Source of the DNA: Syncephalis fuscata S228
Taxonomy: Eukaryota; Fungi; Zoopagomycota
Direction of reading: 5' to 3'
Length of the DNA stretch: 64,000 nucleotides
Assembly (NCBI GenBank): GCA_025786725.1
Contig: JAHLTZ010000029.1
Span: 248,001-312,000 of the forward strand
This document shows, piece after piece, positions 26,809 to 41,551 of this stretch; positions within the stretch are counted from its first letter, which is position 1; every line of letters starts with the position of its first letter. The translations under genes and the position numbers were made by a program. A model generated the notes under the pieces. The model ran no database searches and was not told the DNA's origin. It was given only the letters and a program-made list of their open reading frames with translations.

Positions 26809-28643
26809 ATGTCGACAAAAGTATTGCCTCTCGGCAAATTATCCCTTGCAAAAACTACTCCAATCAACAATATACATGCGATATCTACATCTGTTCCTGC
26901 ATGGAAGATTATATAGATATTGGTGAAGGCGATTAAATGTTTGGTCGAAATAAACATTGGTTATCCACGTTATTAGTCCATTATCGAGTAAAACAGCTAG
27001 CGAAAGAGTGTTTGAAGCAGTTAGAGATTGATACTAGCAATGATAATTTTTGTTGTTTGACGCGCAAGCATGCGAATTGTGCGTGATGCTATATATAAAC
27101 AGAGGGCAATCAAAAGCAATAATTCAATTCAAGATGATGTAATTATTGATACGTTCAAATTTGGAAAGTACGATGTGCATATTTTAGTTCATTCTAAGGA
27201 AGATGCCGACTTTGTTAAAAACTACTGGATATGTACTGGTGTTGGCATCAGTACACGATTTGCTGATTTCTGCTTAAACGAAGTAGACATTTACAGCCAG
27301 ATGTATCCCTTGAGCACAACGTAGATCTAGAGGCCATATCGCTTCAGACCCCACCCACTGATCATTTACCTGCTGATCAGGTAGACAAGGCCAAACAGCT
27401 TATTCAGCAGCGCCTTGTCAATGTTCTACATGCAACCTACAGCGATGCTGATGATGGAAATGCCGAATTTACACGACAACATCCTAGCGCATTGGCATTA
27501 AATGAAGACAATGTATACTTGTATCCATGTGGTATGAATGCAATTTTTCATTTAAATCGTTTAGTGGGATTTATGAAACCAAAGTGCAGGACTGTTTGTT
27601 TTGGGTAGGTAAATTATAAAAGACAGCTCTTATTAACGACAAATAGTTTTGTTTTTGCAGCTTCGCATAAGATACTAGAATTGGTTGGAACTGACTGTCT
27701 ATTTTTTGGCTATGGTTCCGAAGAAGAAATTGATGAATTAGAAAAAATACTGAATGATCCAACACAAGATCCAATTATTTCTATATTTTGTGAACTTCCT
27801 AATAATCCATTATTAATGAGTCCAAATGTCAGAAGATTACGTGGCTTGGCCGATAAATATGATATACCATTGTTGATTGACGCCACTATAGGTGGTTTTT
27901 CGAATAGCCAGCTGTTGCCATTTGCAGATGTAATGATCGTCAGTTTATCGAAACTTTTTAGTGGTGAATGCGATCTTCTGGCTGGCAGGTAAGTGATTAC
28001 ACCAATCTAATTACGTTTAATGACCTGTAGTATAGTTTAATTGTAAATACTACTCGGCCACACGGTGCTCGTTTACAGCATGCATTAAATGTGGACGATG
28101 GCACTGGTCGTCCAGGTTATGAAGATACAATGTGGTGGCAAGATGTATTGGTACTTGAGCGAAACAGCCGTACATTTATGGAAAGAGATGCACGCATCAA
28201 CCATACGGCAGAGATTGTTTGCGATTATCTTTATAATCATCCTAAAGGTAAACCGAGTTGGCAATAATCAATACGATACTAATCGTGCAATAGTTGCAAA
28301 GTTTATTATCCAAAGTATGTAGACCGGGAAATGTATGATTCATACAAAAAACCAAATGGAGGCTATGGCTGTTTACTTTCGCTAAATCTACACACTCCCG
28401 AAGCATCCCGTGCATTTTACAGCGCAATGCTCTGCGCTAGAGGCACAACATTTGGTACAAATTTTACTATGATCGCTTTTTATACAATAATGACCATTAT
28501 CGTGATTGGAACGAGTACAAAAATATAATCTTCCAGTGGATTTGCTGCGTATAAGCATAGGTCTTGAAGAACCTGCTCAGATAATCGAGTGGCTTGATAT
28601 AGCATTTGCTGCAGTATCTGATAAACAATTATTGACCCAATAA
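26809..28643 (+). pseudogene. Cystathionine gamma-synthase (STR2-like PLP enzyme), multiply frameshifted
   Basis: HAISTSVPAW, GYPR, CTGVGISTRFA, VYLYPCGMNAIF, FCELPNNPLL, VSLSKLFSG (PLP Lys), GGYGCLLSL and LLRISIGLE are present, but with roughly 6-8 frame breaks. It could be an intact gene with assembly errors. Confidence 0.75.
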
Positions 28644-28991
28644 TACAGCAGTGCTATTGCTTTTTACATATTAATAAATTGCTAGTAATCAGGCTGAATG
28701 GTCGCTATACTACATTAGTATATATCTATCAAATTATATTATATTAACAACTAATTTAAATAACATTTTTATTAGCTTTATTAAATATTTAATCAATGTT
28801 GTTATGCTACGATTTAATTAGGTGGTATGGTATTCAATAGCTAAAATGCTATATTCTTTTTACACATTAGACCATTACCCGGAATATAAATGTGTTTATA
28901 ACATTAATAGATTGCAAAGCATTTTAAAATTGTGATTTAGGCAAAAAATAAATTTATTGAAGCAAATTCATTTATTATCCTAACTATTATC

Positions 28992-30309
28992 TTAGGTAGA
29001 TTTGGCAAATCCAACCCGGTTATTGCCATGATCATAAACTGTGTAGAATTTACGAAGGAAGACATCACCAATAATCCAGAGTGGACCCATTGGTGCTGGA
29101 ATGTCCATGCCCATAAAGCCGGATACACACTGGCCTTGGACTTGCAAAACGTAATCGCTTCCTTTCAAAACAAATTCTTTGCCATTGAATGTCAAACCAA
29201 AATCAGGTAGACTAGGTACTTTAGCACAGTCAACCATGTACTGGCCGGCAAAGTTCTTCTTGGCACCAATTTCCTTGTTGATAAGTTCAGCTAGATCGGT
29301 GGGAATAACGAGCAATGAGCTGCCGGTATCGATAGCCGCGCCAACTGGATCCAGTCCTGCGTCTTCACCGCCAAAGGAGACCTTCTCCAGTTTTACTTCC
29401 CAGTATCCCTTGCGGATCACTGGAGCATAGTGGATGTCGCCGGTGTAGTGATCTGGGTTCTTGCCACCAAATACTAGCTCACCGCCTTCGCCACCGTTCT
29501 TAACGTCATTCAACCAGAAGCTGAATACTGGCTCATCAATCAGATTTTTGTCCATCATATGATAAAATGGTGGAACAACGCCTTTAACGGAAATGGTGCT
29601 GTAACCAAGACCAAAGATACCGTCAAAACGGCCCATAGCAAAAGTAAGACCTGGCTCTTCGACAGACTCACCAAAGCCAGCGTCCTTAACAATAAGGTCG
29701 CCGATCGTCAATTGATCAGTGCTGATGATACCCGTAAGGCTGCCTGTGCCATAACGGATAGCGAATTCTGTGCCGTTAGGCTTGAAGGTGCTACTTTGTT
29801 CCGAGTCAAAACGTTTATGGAAAAAGCAAGCAATTGAACTGCAGTGAGTGGATGGCACCCAAAGATTGGATGAGCCAGTGTCAAAAATAACCTTGAAGTT
29901 TTGTGCTGGCGTACCAATACCAATTTCACCAAAGTATTGGGCATTCATAAAGTTGGAAATAGGAACACCATGCTTGACGTTGCCTTGCTCATCCGCACCA
30001 AGAACTCTTTGGTTGGGATTAACAGCATCGGCCGTAAAGTAGCGTTGAGCTACATACGTGCCAGTGCTAGCATAGCGAGCCAGCTTCTCGGACGGTGTTT
30101 CAGGCAAACGCTTGATCTTAATGCTATAGCACAGCTCATTGTTAGTAAGTGATTTAGGGAACCGTCACAGTGCTCCGAACGGTTGCCATACGCCATATAT
30201 TGACAATGGCACCTTGGCTAGCAACTGAGCCTTACCTGGTCATTGCGGCATCGGCACTGGCTGCGAGCAAGGCAACAGTGGCCGCCAGTGTAACGATAGA
30301 GAACTTCAT
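28992..30309 (-). CDS. PEP4: Vacuolar aspartic protease (saccharopepsin/cathepsin D-like); exons 30309-30236 and 30125-28992
   Basis: Signal peptide MKFSIVTLAATVALLAA, two DTGS catalytic motifs and IIGDVFLRKFYTVYD. Confidence 0.95.
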
Positions 30310-31286
30310 GGCTGATGAAGTGAATAGGAGTGATATAGGATGAGAAATGAATACAAGTGTTAATCGATGTTAGAGGCGTATTGCACTAGATGGCCTAGAG
30401 ACAATAGAGAGGACGTAGTGTTAATAGCTATAGCGGTTGGTTACAATTGCAGTGGTTGTAAAAAGCAAGAAAGCTAGCAAATGGAACAGTAAGCAATAAG
30501 AGTGGACGAGTAGTGGTAGTAGACGGGAAAGAAGAGGTGAAGTGAAGAAAAGGGGGAGTCATTATACGTATGCATATATGACAGTGTAGTGACTGTTTGT
30601 CCCAGTCCAGTAGATTTCTAGTAACACTGACATAGCCTCACTACGATTAAATAGATGTGGCTGATATTTATTTTAATCCCCAAAGCAGCAATTCATTTTA
30701 CGCAATCAATTGTAGTGATTTAAATAGTTGACGAGTTGATTAATTAATTTGTGTTTAAATAATCATTCACAATAAATATTAATATAATATAATATCATTA
30801 TTATTTCCATAAAGTAGAATTGAATGTAATAGAACATTGTATCAGTAGCTGCTATTTTAAACATTTAAATAAATAATGTAACATACTATTTGATTTCATT
30901 GAGATATTTGAGGTTGATCATTGTTGTTGTTGGCCATGTGTAGAAAGATTGATCGAATATTAATAGAGGCCATATGATTGTAATTCCATGTCATTACGCA
31001 TTAATTGTTGTTACATCTATGTACAGCATAGATCATTACATCTAAATGATCTCTTCTATTTTCTAATATTTTACTATTGTATTTTGGACATATTTGCGAT
31101 GTAATATTATACATGTTACAATGCACATGTTATAGTGATGAATGGATGTTTAATTGTATTTAAGTGTTGATGTGTGAAATAAGTAAATAAAAAATGTAGG
31201 AGTCAAAGTCCAGTAGTTCTCGAATTTAATAAAAAATTGATTGCATTTTTATATTTTATTTCATTTTTTATCATTGCAATTCGTTG

Positions 31287-33149
31287 ATGGCTTCGCTTCA
31301 CAAGGACGCGGCCAAAGTGCTGGACCTTGTGTTTGCTCGCAAGGGCACAGTTAAAGGCTTGGTATTGGGCGGTAAATATCAAAATAAAAAAGCACTTTAT
31401 GCAATTGTGTGCGAAACACTTAAATGTAAGTAGTAGTGCGCTGTATTGTATTAGCAACATGTGTAATAATTTCATTATTAGACAAGGATACATTGAACGA
31501 AATCATTGAACATGCCAAATTAACAAAAACATGCAAAAAGGTAATTAATAACAGCTATCACTAATAGTTATGCTGATAATAAGATAGCTGCCGAATACAC
31601 TCGCATTAGTGCTGGTCTTTGATTTGCTCTTTTCGCGTGGTGGTCTTCGCAAAACATCATGTCCACACACCAGAGCTGTGCTTGATCAAAAGGTCCGCTT
31701 AAGAGCAGAGCTTGCTAAACTTAAAGTGCGTCGTGGTGTTATACGTAACGTGGATTTAGTACCAGAATCGTTACGTCAATTAGGTAGATTGGATAAATTA
31801 ATCAATCCATAGTTATATAATTTTAGTTTTATATAGTTGCGCTGCCTAGATATGTACGCGTCAATCTTTTACGAACAACAGTTGATAAGGTTCTACAGCA
31901 TTTTGTAAAAGAGGGCTATACCATCGAAGCATCAACTGTTCATGTTAGTCAATTAAAGTAGGTCAAGGAATATAATTATGTGTAATTTATTCATTATGGC
32001 ATACAATTTGTAGACCGAAAACAATGTGTCGGGACCTTCATTTATCGGATTTATTAGTATTTCCAACCAAGACAGATTTACATGCTCATCCACTCTATTT
32101 ATCAGGTGATATTATATTACAGGTAATTATAGTATAGCATTATTAAGTATGATATTAATTCACTTGTTTATTATTAATAGGATAAAGCATCATGTTTTCC
32201 AGCTCATGTACTTGCTCCGCCAGCTGGCAGCCATGCTTTGGATGGATGTGCGGCTCCCGGTAATAAAACTAGTCATATGGCAAGTCTAATGGGTAACGAG
32301 GGACGTATTTGGGCCTTTGATTTGGATGTGCGTCGACTTGAGCTATTACAGAAAATGACTACAAAAGCCAATTGTCAAAGTAAGTATCAATGGTTTACTA
32401 CTAATAATAATAGTATTCATTAATATATACTAGTTATTACGGCTATTCATCAAAGCTTTTTGGAAACTGATCCAAATGCTGAAGAATATGCTCATATTGA
32501 GTATATTTTACTTGATCCATCGTGTTCTGGTTCTGGTATTGTTAATCGACTCGATCAATTAGTAGATCAAATGACACAACAGCCATCGGAACATGATGGG
32601 CCAGCAACACCAATGGAGGGAGCTGTATTAAATGATCGCCTTGAACAATTGGCACGGTTTCAATTAGAATGCATCCAACATGCCTTTAAATGTAGGTAGT
32701 AGTGCATTCAATAGTATATACAATATTGATTTATCTTTAGTTCCATCGGTAAAACGCATATCCTATTCCACTTGTTCAGTTCACCATCAAGAAAATGAAC
32801 AAGTAGTGGTAAATGCACTAGCTTCTACCAATCAGTTTGAATTGGCACCTCGGTCACAAGTATTGCCCACCTGGACGCATCGAGGTGAAATAGTAGATGG
32901 TCTAACCAAAGGTATATATATAAATAATGAGTATTGATATATTTATTAATGATTATATTGACTTTAGAACAAGCGGATAGTTTGGTAAGAGCAGTTCCCG
33001 ATCAAGATTACACCAACGGATTCTTTGTAGCATGCTTCCAACGTAAGGCAGGCACTACTAAACATGCCATTGATGAAGATAAAGTTAATACAACTGCAAC
33101 GATGAAGAAGAAACAAAAACGCCGTCAAAAACAAAAGTCTACTGCGTAA
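31287..33149 (+). CDS. NSUN5: LSU rRNA m5C methyltransferase NSUN5/Rcm1, multi-exon
   Basis: LPRYVRVN, QDKASCFPA, DGCAAPGNKTSH, LLDPSCSGSG, YSTCSVH..ENE and GFFVACF. Confidence 0.93.
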
Positions 33150-33276
33150 CATTTTTAATAGTTATTAAAACGATTAGATTAAAACATTTTAGCACATATC
33201 TGTATATATCTGTATATATTTGTATATTATTAATAGTATTATTTTATAACATCAACATTAAATAAATCAGTCTATT

Positions 33277-35640
33277 TTAGATAGATTTAGGTGTAGGTGC
33301 ATTTTGACGTAACCATGCTGGCACCAATTCTAGATCTTCATTACAACTTTCTAGTGCTTTAATAAGCCATGCTGCATCGTAAGTTGCCATTGTCGTATCT
33401 TGTTGTAGTGCTTCAAGTAGAAAGTGTCGCCGGCTAGTTACTTGATCTACACAGAAATAAAACATATATCGGCAGGTAAAGGTAGTTTTTTCGTAAGTGC
33501 TTGTAGCGGCAATATAAGTGGTACCAGTGTATTGGCGGCCGTATTTGCATCTAATGGCTTATTTCCTTTGCCAGTAGCACAATACTGTAATAAATGATTT
33601 AACATTGGTTACAATAGTGGTAGTAATGCTACTTACCTTATTATGACACCAATCTTCCTTACAACCATCAATCAACTGTAAATGATAACGACGAGCAATT
33701 CGCATAATTAATTTCTGGCTATTCGGATCATCTACTGGACTCCAAAATAGGCCAAAGCACGTTTCACACAAACCAAGTGGATTATGCGATGTATTCGGCT
33801 TTAATTGCGGTCTAGTGCAGTTCGTATTACGGCATAGTTTGAACGGTGGCGGCAATCGTTCCCGCTCCGATGTATGTAACTGCATATGCACTTTAACATC
33901 GCGTAGCCGTACTGCCATCTGACACTGAACACATATAATAGTGCGTCCACCACAGTAGGCTTCATGCTCCGTCAAATTCATTATGCGATTACGTGGTTCA
34001 GTATCCAATTTACCGCGTGGCAATAGATTTCTACAGTAACGACACGATATAAGTCGCTGTGTGCAGTTAGTGGCACGATGTGTCGATAGAGTAATTACTG
34101 AATCATATACATCACCACAACTACAATACTGTAAACAGTGCATAGTTGCTTCATGCTTTTCTTTTAATGAAACATCGTCATACTGTAATTAAATGGATTA
34201 ATATTTAGTCTATGTTATTATTATAATACTTACTTTATCACATTCACTACAATGCCAATGTCTATCTGTCTCCTCTCCAATACGTGTTACTTTACCGCAC
34301 TGTTCGCATCGAATATTATTTCTTTCGCAAAAATTACGATGTAAATGCATAGTTCGAGATGGCACCATGGCATGACACCGTTGACATTGCTCTGTATCTT
34401 GAACTGGCATTACTGTTTCTTTCTTCTTGTCTTCCTCTTCTTCTTTAAATGGCTCTTCCTTTTTACCTTCTTCAACTATTAATGTATATACAAATGGTGC
34501 TTTATCTCCAAATGTATGTATACCAATAAAATAGGTATCATTTTCAACAAATAGTGCATCTTGTGCATCGATACGTAATAAGCGTTCATTTCCACCTTCC
34601 CAATTAGCCCAAACATGATCAAGTAAATTGGGTGTCTTATCCAATAAAGAGACATAAATATCTAATAAATTATTAGATCAATATATCTACGTAATATGAC
34701 GCTCTTACCGCCATCGCCTGAATGAACAAAAAGTTTAATGCTGATGTCCGCCTTTTTTCTCCATAAAAATTGATAGTATTTGCGTCCATTAATGGGTGTT
34801 TCATGTTTAACTGGTACACCTTCAACTAATGGTGCTGCTTCCGGCTCTGTCGTTTTATTTATATATGTGTCAATAGCCGGTTCTTTTCCTTTAAGCGACT
34901 CTAAATAACCGCCACCTTCATCGCTAAATAACTTTGCTGGACTTTCTAATACCACAGTAAGATCTGTATCAATTACTGTAACCGCATCGGCCGGTTTAAG
35001 TGCCAACACTTTGAATTCATACACTTCTGCACCATAAGGCACAGATATCGTCTCTCCCGTTGTTAATGTGGTATGGCTCGATCTTAAATGGGCCTCAAAA
35101 GCCGCTCTAAACACTGGTATCGTCAGTATAAACACTATCTAATTTAGCTTGAATAATTACCGATAATCTCGGATATGTCGATATTGATCGGTTAATGGCT
35201 GAAATTGCGCCCAACTTCCTTTTGGCAACCTCTTAGTCTGTACCAGTATTGAATCACCTTCATTTAAGCCTAGTGATGGAAACATCCATGCAGGCAGCTG
35301 TACAGTGCCTTCTTCAGCACTGAATTCACGTACACCTGCATGAGTTACTCGATCAGTAAGACCATTTTTTAGTTCAAATGTAAGTGGCGATCCTGCTTCT
35401 TGTTTATTGCTTTCGGCTCCTGTATCTCTCCTTCCCTAACTCATCGTCGCTATTATATGTAGTATGAGCATGTATACGATGACTCGATTGTTCCGATAAA
35501 ATTGAATTATCCAATAATTGTCCCAGCACTGAAGGCGGTAAAAGAATTCGGTCACTGTTGTTGTTGTTGCTATCGCCTTCAAACGGCCAAGCAGTTAACA
35601 GGGCCGACCAAGGTGCTGGGCTTTGTTTTACTCTAAGCAT
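33277..35640 (-). CDS. UFD1-domain protein with TRAF-type/C2HC zinc fingers
   Basis: DRILLPPSVL, PLTFEL, HAGVREFSAEEG, RLPKGS and AVTVIDTDL (UFD1 domain), followed by repeated CxxC..H..C fingers and YHLQLIDGCKEDWCHN. Frame break near 35430. Confidence 0.85.
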
Positions 35641-35835
35641 CTGAGCTGTAATCTACGACAATTGTATGGCAGAAAGACGTGTTATGACTCAAAGGCTGAC
35701 CGGAAATCAATTTGATATTTTCATTTGTGTTACTTTAAATGAAGTCACAATCATTAGTGTTCCATCGGTTTCTAATTAATTCGATGTGGACTACTCCATC
35801 GTTGTTAACGCTATTCATACCTTTTGTTCAATACA

Positions 35836-38800
35836 ATGACGACGTCCATAATTACCAAACGGATTGGCGGAAGTTTTATGGCCTTTGGCCATACTCGACC
35901 GAGCTTGAAATTCACGCCAATGAAATCTTTAGGTGGTGTAAACAGTTATGGCCGCGTGTTTATTTGCACCACCATAAAACAGCCAGTGTTTTGTGCAAAC
36001 AGACCAGAAGCTAAATTGGTGAAGCAGATATCAAATCGTTTATGGCTAAGCCAGATACGCCATTATAATGGAGCAGGTTAGTAATGTTACTTGTTATTAG
36101 TATATTAAATAACCATACTTTGTATAATATCTACTTTATTATCCAGGTGGTCCTCAAGGAGGATTGCGTATGGATCCAAATCAAACACCTGCTAAAGGGG
36201 AGGCCCTTAAAGCTTATGTAAATAATACTATTTGTTTATTTAGTACATCACACTAAAGCAGTGTTTAGAGTATCGATCTAACCGAGTTGGCATCAACGGG
36301 GAAGCTCGATCCAGTTATCGGAAGAGATGAAATTATTCGACGTACAATTCAAGTGTAGGAATAGTTGTAACATTATAATTGCTAAATAATAATCAGCGAT
36401 AATTATTAGACTATCGAGACGTACAAAGAATAATCCGGTGCTTATTGGAGAAGCAGGGCAAGTTAATAGAGGTATTTTTTTATAATATTAACCTTCTATT
36501 TAGAGTGGGAAAGACGGCTATTGCTGAAGGACTTGCTCAACGTATTGTGAATGGAGAAGTGCCAGAATCAGTAAAAGATAAAAAAGTCATTTCATTGGAT
36601 TTGGGGGTAAGTAAAACAAATAATAGCTATGTAATAATGACAATAACAACAATAACAACAATAACAACAACAACAACAATAACAACAATAACAACAACAA
36701 CAACAACAATAATAACAATAACAATAATATAGGCATTGGTAGCAGGTGCCAAATACATGTAATTAAATATAGATTCAATGATTAGCTAGAGTAATAGTAA
36801 CATTAATAATAGGGGAGAATTTGAAGATCGATTGAAAGCAGTTTTACGTGATGTAGAAGGGGCAGAAGGCAAATTAATTCTGTTTATTGATGAATTACAT
36901 ACATTAATGGGATTGGGAAAGACATCAGGTGCTATGGATGCATCTAATATGTTAAAAGTAAGATAAAATAGCTATTTTAATGGTAACTTATACTAGTTTA
37001 GCCTGCTTTGGCTCGAGGTACATTACGCTGTTGTGGTGCTACAACGATTGATGAGTATCGTCAAGTAAGTCGATAGTAATGTTAACAACAGTAATATTGA
37101 ACTGTATTTACGATTACAGTATATTGAGAAAGATCCTGCCTTGGCTCGTCGGTTCCAATCCATTATGGTATTGTCTGGAATGACCTAGTAATTCGTATTA
37201 TTAATATACATATTAGGTGGATGAACCTACAGTACATGATACCATTTCTATTCTTCGTGGATGTAAGTTTGAATACTATCATGATGTATGATAAGTATAT
37301 TTATTAACAACAATATAGTGAAGGAGCGTTATGAAGTACATCATGGTGTACGTATTTCAGATAGTGCACTGGTTGCTGCTGCCACCCAGTCACATCGTTA
37401 CATTACTGATCGATTTCTACCTGATAAAGTAGGTAGATGTTTACTTGTACAAATCATTGTATAACAAATATTACAACTATAGGCTATTGATCTTATTGAT
37501 GAAGCTTGTTCCAAATTGCGATTACAACAAGAAAGTAAACCAGAAGCCATTGAAGTATTAGATAGGGCTATTATGACCATGCAAATTGAATTGGAATCAT
37601 TGAAAAAGGTATGGTTTATTAATAAATATAGCCAGCTATTAATTACAAATACATAGGAAACTGATACTGCTTCAAAAGAAAGACGAGAGAAATTACAAAG
37701 CGATCTTGCTGAAAAGCGTCAAGAATATGATCATCTTACTAGTGTTTGGAAGACTGAACGGTAAAGTTATTAACACGCTGTTAACCTTTTACTTACCATC
37801 TATTATAATTAGTGCTAAACTAGAAGAGATACAAAGTACAAAGATGGCACTGGAACAAGCACGAACCGATCTTGAATCAGGTAAATATCAATGATATTTG
37901 TGTATTAATCAATACTTAACTATGTATAGCCCAAAGACAAGGCAATTTTACTCGAGCCAGTGAACTTCGATATGGTGTTATTCCAGATCTTGAAAAGAAC
38001 TACCCAAAGAATCGTACGTATTTTTGATACACAGTAGTCAGCAATCGCCTAATTTTTATGAATAGTGTTGAAGAAGAAGATGCAGAGGCATTGGTTCATG
38101 ACCGAGTAACTTCCGATGATATTGCTGGTGTTGTATCACGCCGTACTGGTATTCCTGTCCAAGTAATTATTATAAATAACATTTATAACATTAGTAATAC
38201 TGGCTAATCAATTAATTATACTATATATATATATATACATATATATAGAATCTAATGAAAGGAGAACGAGAAAAGCTACTTCATATGGAGGATGCTTTAG
38301 GTAAACGTGTTGTGGGACAGGATGAAGCCATTCAAGCTGTATCTGAAGCTGTAAGGTAAGTATTAAATGATGCGCTATTACAGTTTATTTAATATCAATA
38401 TCCATCAGATTAAGTCGTTCAGGACTACAAAGTGATACACGTCCCATCGCATCATTTATGTTTCTTGGGCCTACAGGTGTGGGCAAGGTAGGCTTAATAT
38501 ACAATCGACATCTGCATTATTACCTATTACCTATTGACCACATAGACTGAGCTATGTAAAGCCATTGCCAACTTTTTATTTGATACCGAAGCAGCTATTG
38601 TACGAGTTGATATGAGTGAATATATGGAACGGTAAGTAAAATGTATAGTATAGTGTCAATACTAACGTGCAATGATATAGATTTGCTGTTTCTCGTCTTA
38701 TTGGTGCACCTCCAGGTAAACTAATAGTCATTTACAATTGTTTATCACTATAGCTTATATATATATATATTGGCTATATACTATATACTATATACTATTC

Positions 38801-39691
38801 TTAATAGGCTATGTAGGTCATGAAGAAGGTAATTATTTGATATTTTATTTAATATAATCACTAATCATAACAATACTAGGCGGTGAACTGACCGAGGCGG
38901 TCCGTCGTAAACCATACGCCGTAGTATTACTTGACGAAATGGAGAAAGCTCATCGAGATGTATCAAATCTACTACTGCAGCTACTTGATGAAGGCCATCT
39001 AACCGACAGCAAGGGACGTCGTGTTGACTTCCGCAATACAATCATTATCATGACCTCTAATCTAGGTGCTGATGCTTTAGCATTGGATCCAACAAAATCT
39101 GGACATGTCGGCGTGGCTGCTCAAGAAGTGTTATGGCAGCAGTACGCCATCATTTCTCACCGGAATTTATTAATCGTATTGACGATCTAGTAAGTGAATT
39201 TCATAATAAACAATCATTTATTAACAAAAAAAACTATAGGTTATCTTCAATCGATTATCGCGCTTAGCATTACGTGATATCGTCGATGTTAGACTGGCCG
39301 AAGTACAGGCCCGTTTAGCAGATCGTCGTATCCACATAGATGTCGATGAAAATGCCAAGAAATGGCTAGCCAATGAAGGCTATGATCCCATTTACGGTAA
39401 GGCCAATGGCAAAAGAAAAAGAAAAAAAAGAAAACTGTTTATTATGAGCGTGTCTAATATAACCGCTTCTGATTAGGTGCACGCCCGCTTAATCGACTGA
39501 TTCATAAACAACTGCTAAATCCGCTGGCCAAGTATCTCATCGAAGGCAGTATTCGTTCCGGGGAGACTGTCCACATTACGACAGAAAAGGCAGCCACAGG
39601 AGAAAACTTGTTTGTTATGCGCAATCACCCTCAAACCAAGTCGGCTGACACCACACCTGCTACAAATGGAGACCGTCCGTTATCATCCTAA
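35836..39691 (+). CDS. HSP78: Mitochondrial ClpB-family disaggregase, about 24 exons
   Basis: Presequence-like N-terminus with no ClpB N-domain. [54 protein letters not shown] and GARPL. Confidence 0.93.
36633..36729. repeat. (AAC/AAT)n microsatellite in an HSP78 intron
   Basis: Lies inside the gtaagt..atag intron 36607-36732. Confidence 0.85.
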
Positions 39692-40209
39692 CTAACTACT
39701 ACCCATTGTCATCATACGGGGCAGCGTTAATAAACAAGCCAGTTTTTTGTACAAAAAATAACAATTTGATTCTATTAGTGTTGTCATGATGATTATTGTA
39801 CGATATTATACTACAGGTGGTTAAAGGCGTCACCGTCACACAGTAACATGTGGGTCCTGTGTCTCTGTAAGGATATGGATAAAACAAAAGCAAAATGTAT
39901 TCGTTTTTCTCTCTATTTGAATAACCGGCATGTGGTCATGAAACGTATATGATTGGCTATCTGGATGTCTTTCTTCACTCATCCTTCAGTGCTACTACTT
40001 AATGCCGCACCAGTTGGACATAATGCGTCAATTTTCATTCTCCACTTTCTTACTGCGCTTTAAAGACTACGCTTGCGCTTCCTTCTTTATTACTATTATT
40101 ATTCTATTACTATTACCACTAGTTGCCCTTCTCGATTATTAGCGTCTTATACACGCCATCTAGTTCCAACCACTATACATCTAGTACCTTACTTATAAAC
40201 TTATTAAAG

Positions 40210-41003
40210 ATGCGTTCTTTCTCTATTGCTTCGCTAGCTTTAATAGCCACTGCCGCCTCTCTCGTCCAAGCCGAATGGCAAATCACCTCCCTCCCCATTG
40301 GTGAGCGTGAAGGCATCTGCAGCCAGAACACGGCCTACTGTTTGAACAACTGTAATAACAAAGCACCAATGAACTTCTGCAATGCCAAGACTATGGGTTG
40401 GAACTGGTAAGTTAGAACACAGCGGCGATAGCTGCATCTATGCATAAAGTGGGGATGCAAGACCACGGTGCGCGGTCTTTGAGGCACTCAATGGCATTTA
40501 ATTTGTTGCTAAAAGGAGAGGATGATGTTAATTACTATGCATTGCTGATAGCCATGATGGCCGACGCTTTGCAGCATGTATTTTGGCATAAATGATGATC
40601 ATAGTAATAGCAATAGTATCTAACCATACAGTTTAATAATGATAACTTTAGTGGATGTGCCGAAAAGACCCCCGATCTTGCAGAAGCTTCCTGGCCAATT
40701 GTGCGTGCTGAGTGCCGTGGTCGTGCCACTGATTGCCAGAGTACGTGCCAAAAGGATCCAGCTAAGATGACAGACTGTTATGCCAAGTGCGCCGATACCT
40801 ACCAGTGCGATGCTGGTAAAATGCCAGCTTCCAACCTCCGTGTAAAGGATGTATCTACTGCTCCTGACTATGCCAGCTCTGCATCCACTGGCAATGGCAC
40901 CAAGGGATCCAACGCTGCCGATAGCTTGACGCCTTCAGCTGTCTCATTGTCCTACACTGCTGGTGCATTAATCGTAGTTGCCGGTGCTATGTTGACTCTC
41001 TAA
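40210..41003 (+). CDS. Secreted GPI-anchored Cys-rich protein (pattern resembles fungal DUF7707 proteins); intron 40407-40651
   Basis: Signal peptide MRSFSIASLALIATAASLVQA, 12 Cys, S/T/G stalk and hydrophobic tail. The TG|gtaagt..tttag|T splice restores CGC. Confidence 0.82.
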
Positions 41004-41551
41004 AAGTGTTTGATACTTTTTATTCACTACGACAGATACGCTTTAGTTGCAATGTCCATCTTTCGTTATTATTACGCCGCTGTTTTTAATAAGTATATTA
41101 ATAAATATATATATATACATCTATTTATGCAAGAGCCCACGTTATAACAACGATGTTTGAGCCCCGTGGCTCATGTGACACTGGCTTATACAACCGGTTT
41201 TTAGATTTTAATGTTGGTTAGATTGCGCTGAGTGTATTATTGGTGCCGGCTAGTGTATTGGCTTTGATTTTAGCTTTTAATTTAACCGTAAATTGTAATA
41301 ATATGATTTAACAAGTTTTTATTAGTTGGTTATATTTTATATTTTTAATATTATATAGCTGTTATAGATAATCTAATAGCTTTAGTGCTATGCATCTTTA
41401 TGCACAATATAACACGAATCTTGATAATACGTAAAATAAGTGACAATTTAGTATAAACCAATTTATTGTTCATGACTATATAGCATTGATTGTTCAAAGC
41501 TATTACAACTTGAAGAAACAACGAATTTAAGTATAGATATAAGATTAACAG

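Noticed and set aside
40407-40651. Box C/D snoRNA in the long intron of the GPI-protein gene
   Set aside because: TGATG and CTGA elements are present, but there is no terminal D box, closing stem or recognisable rRNA guide.
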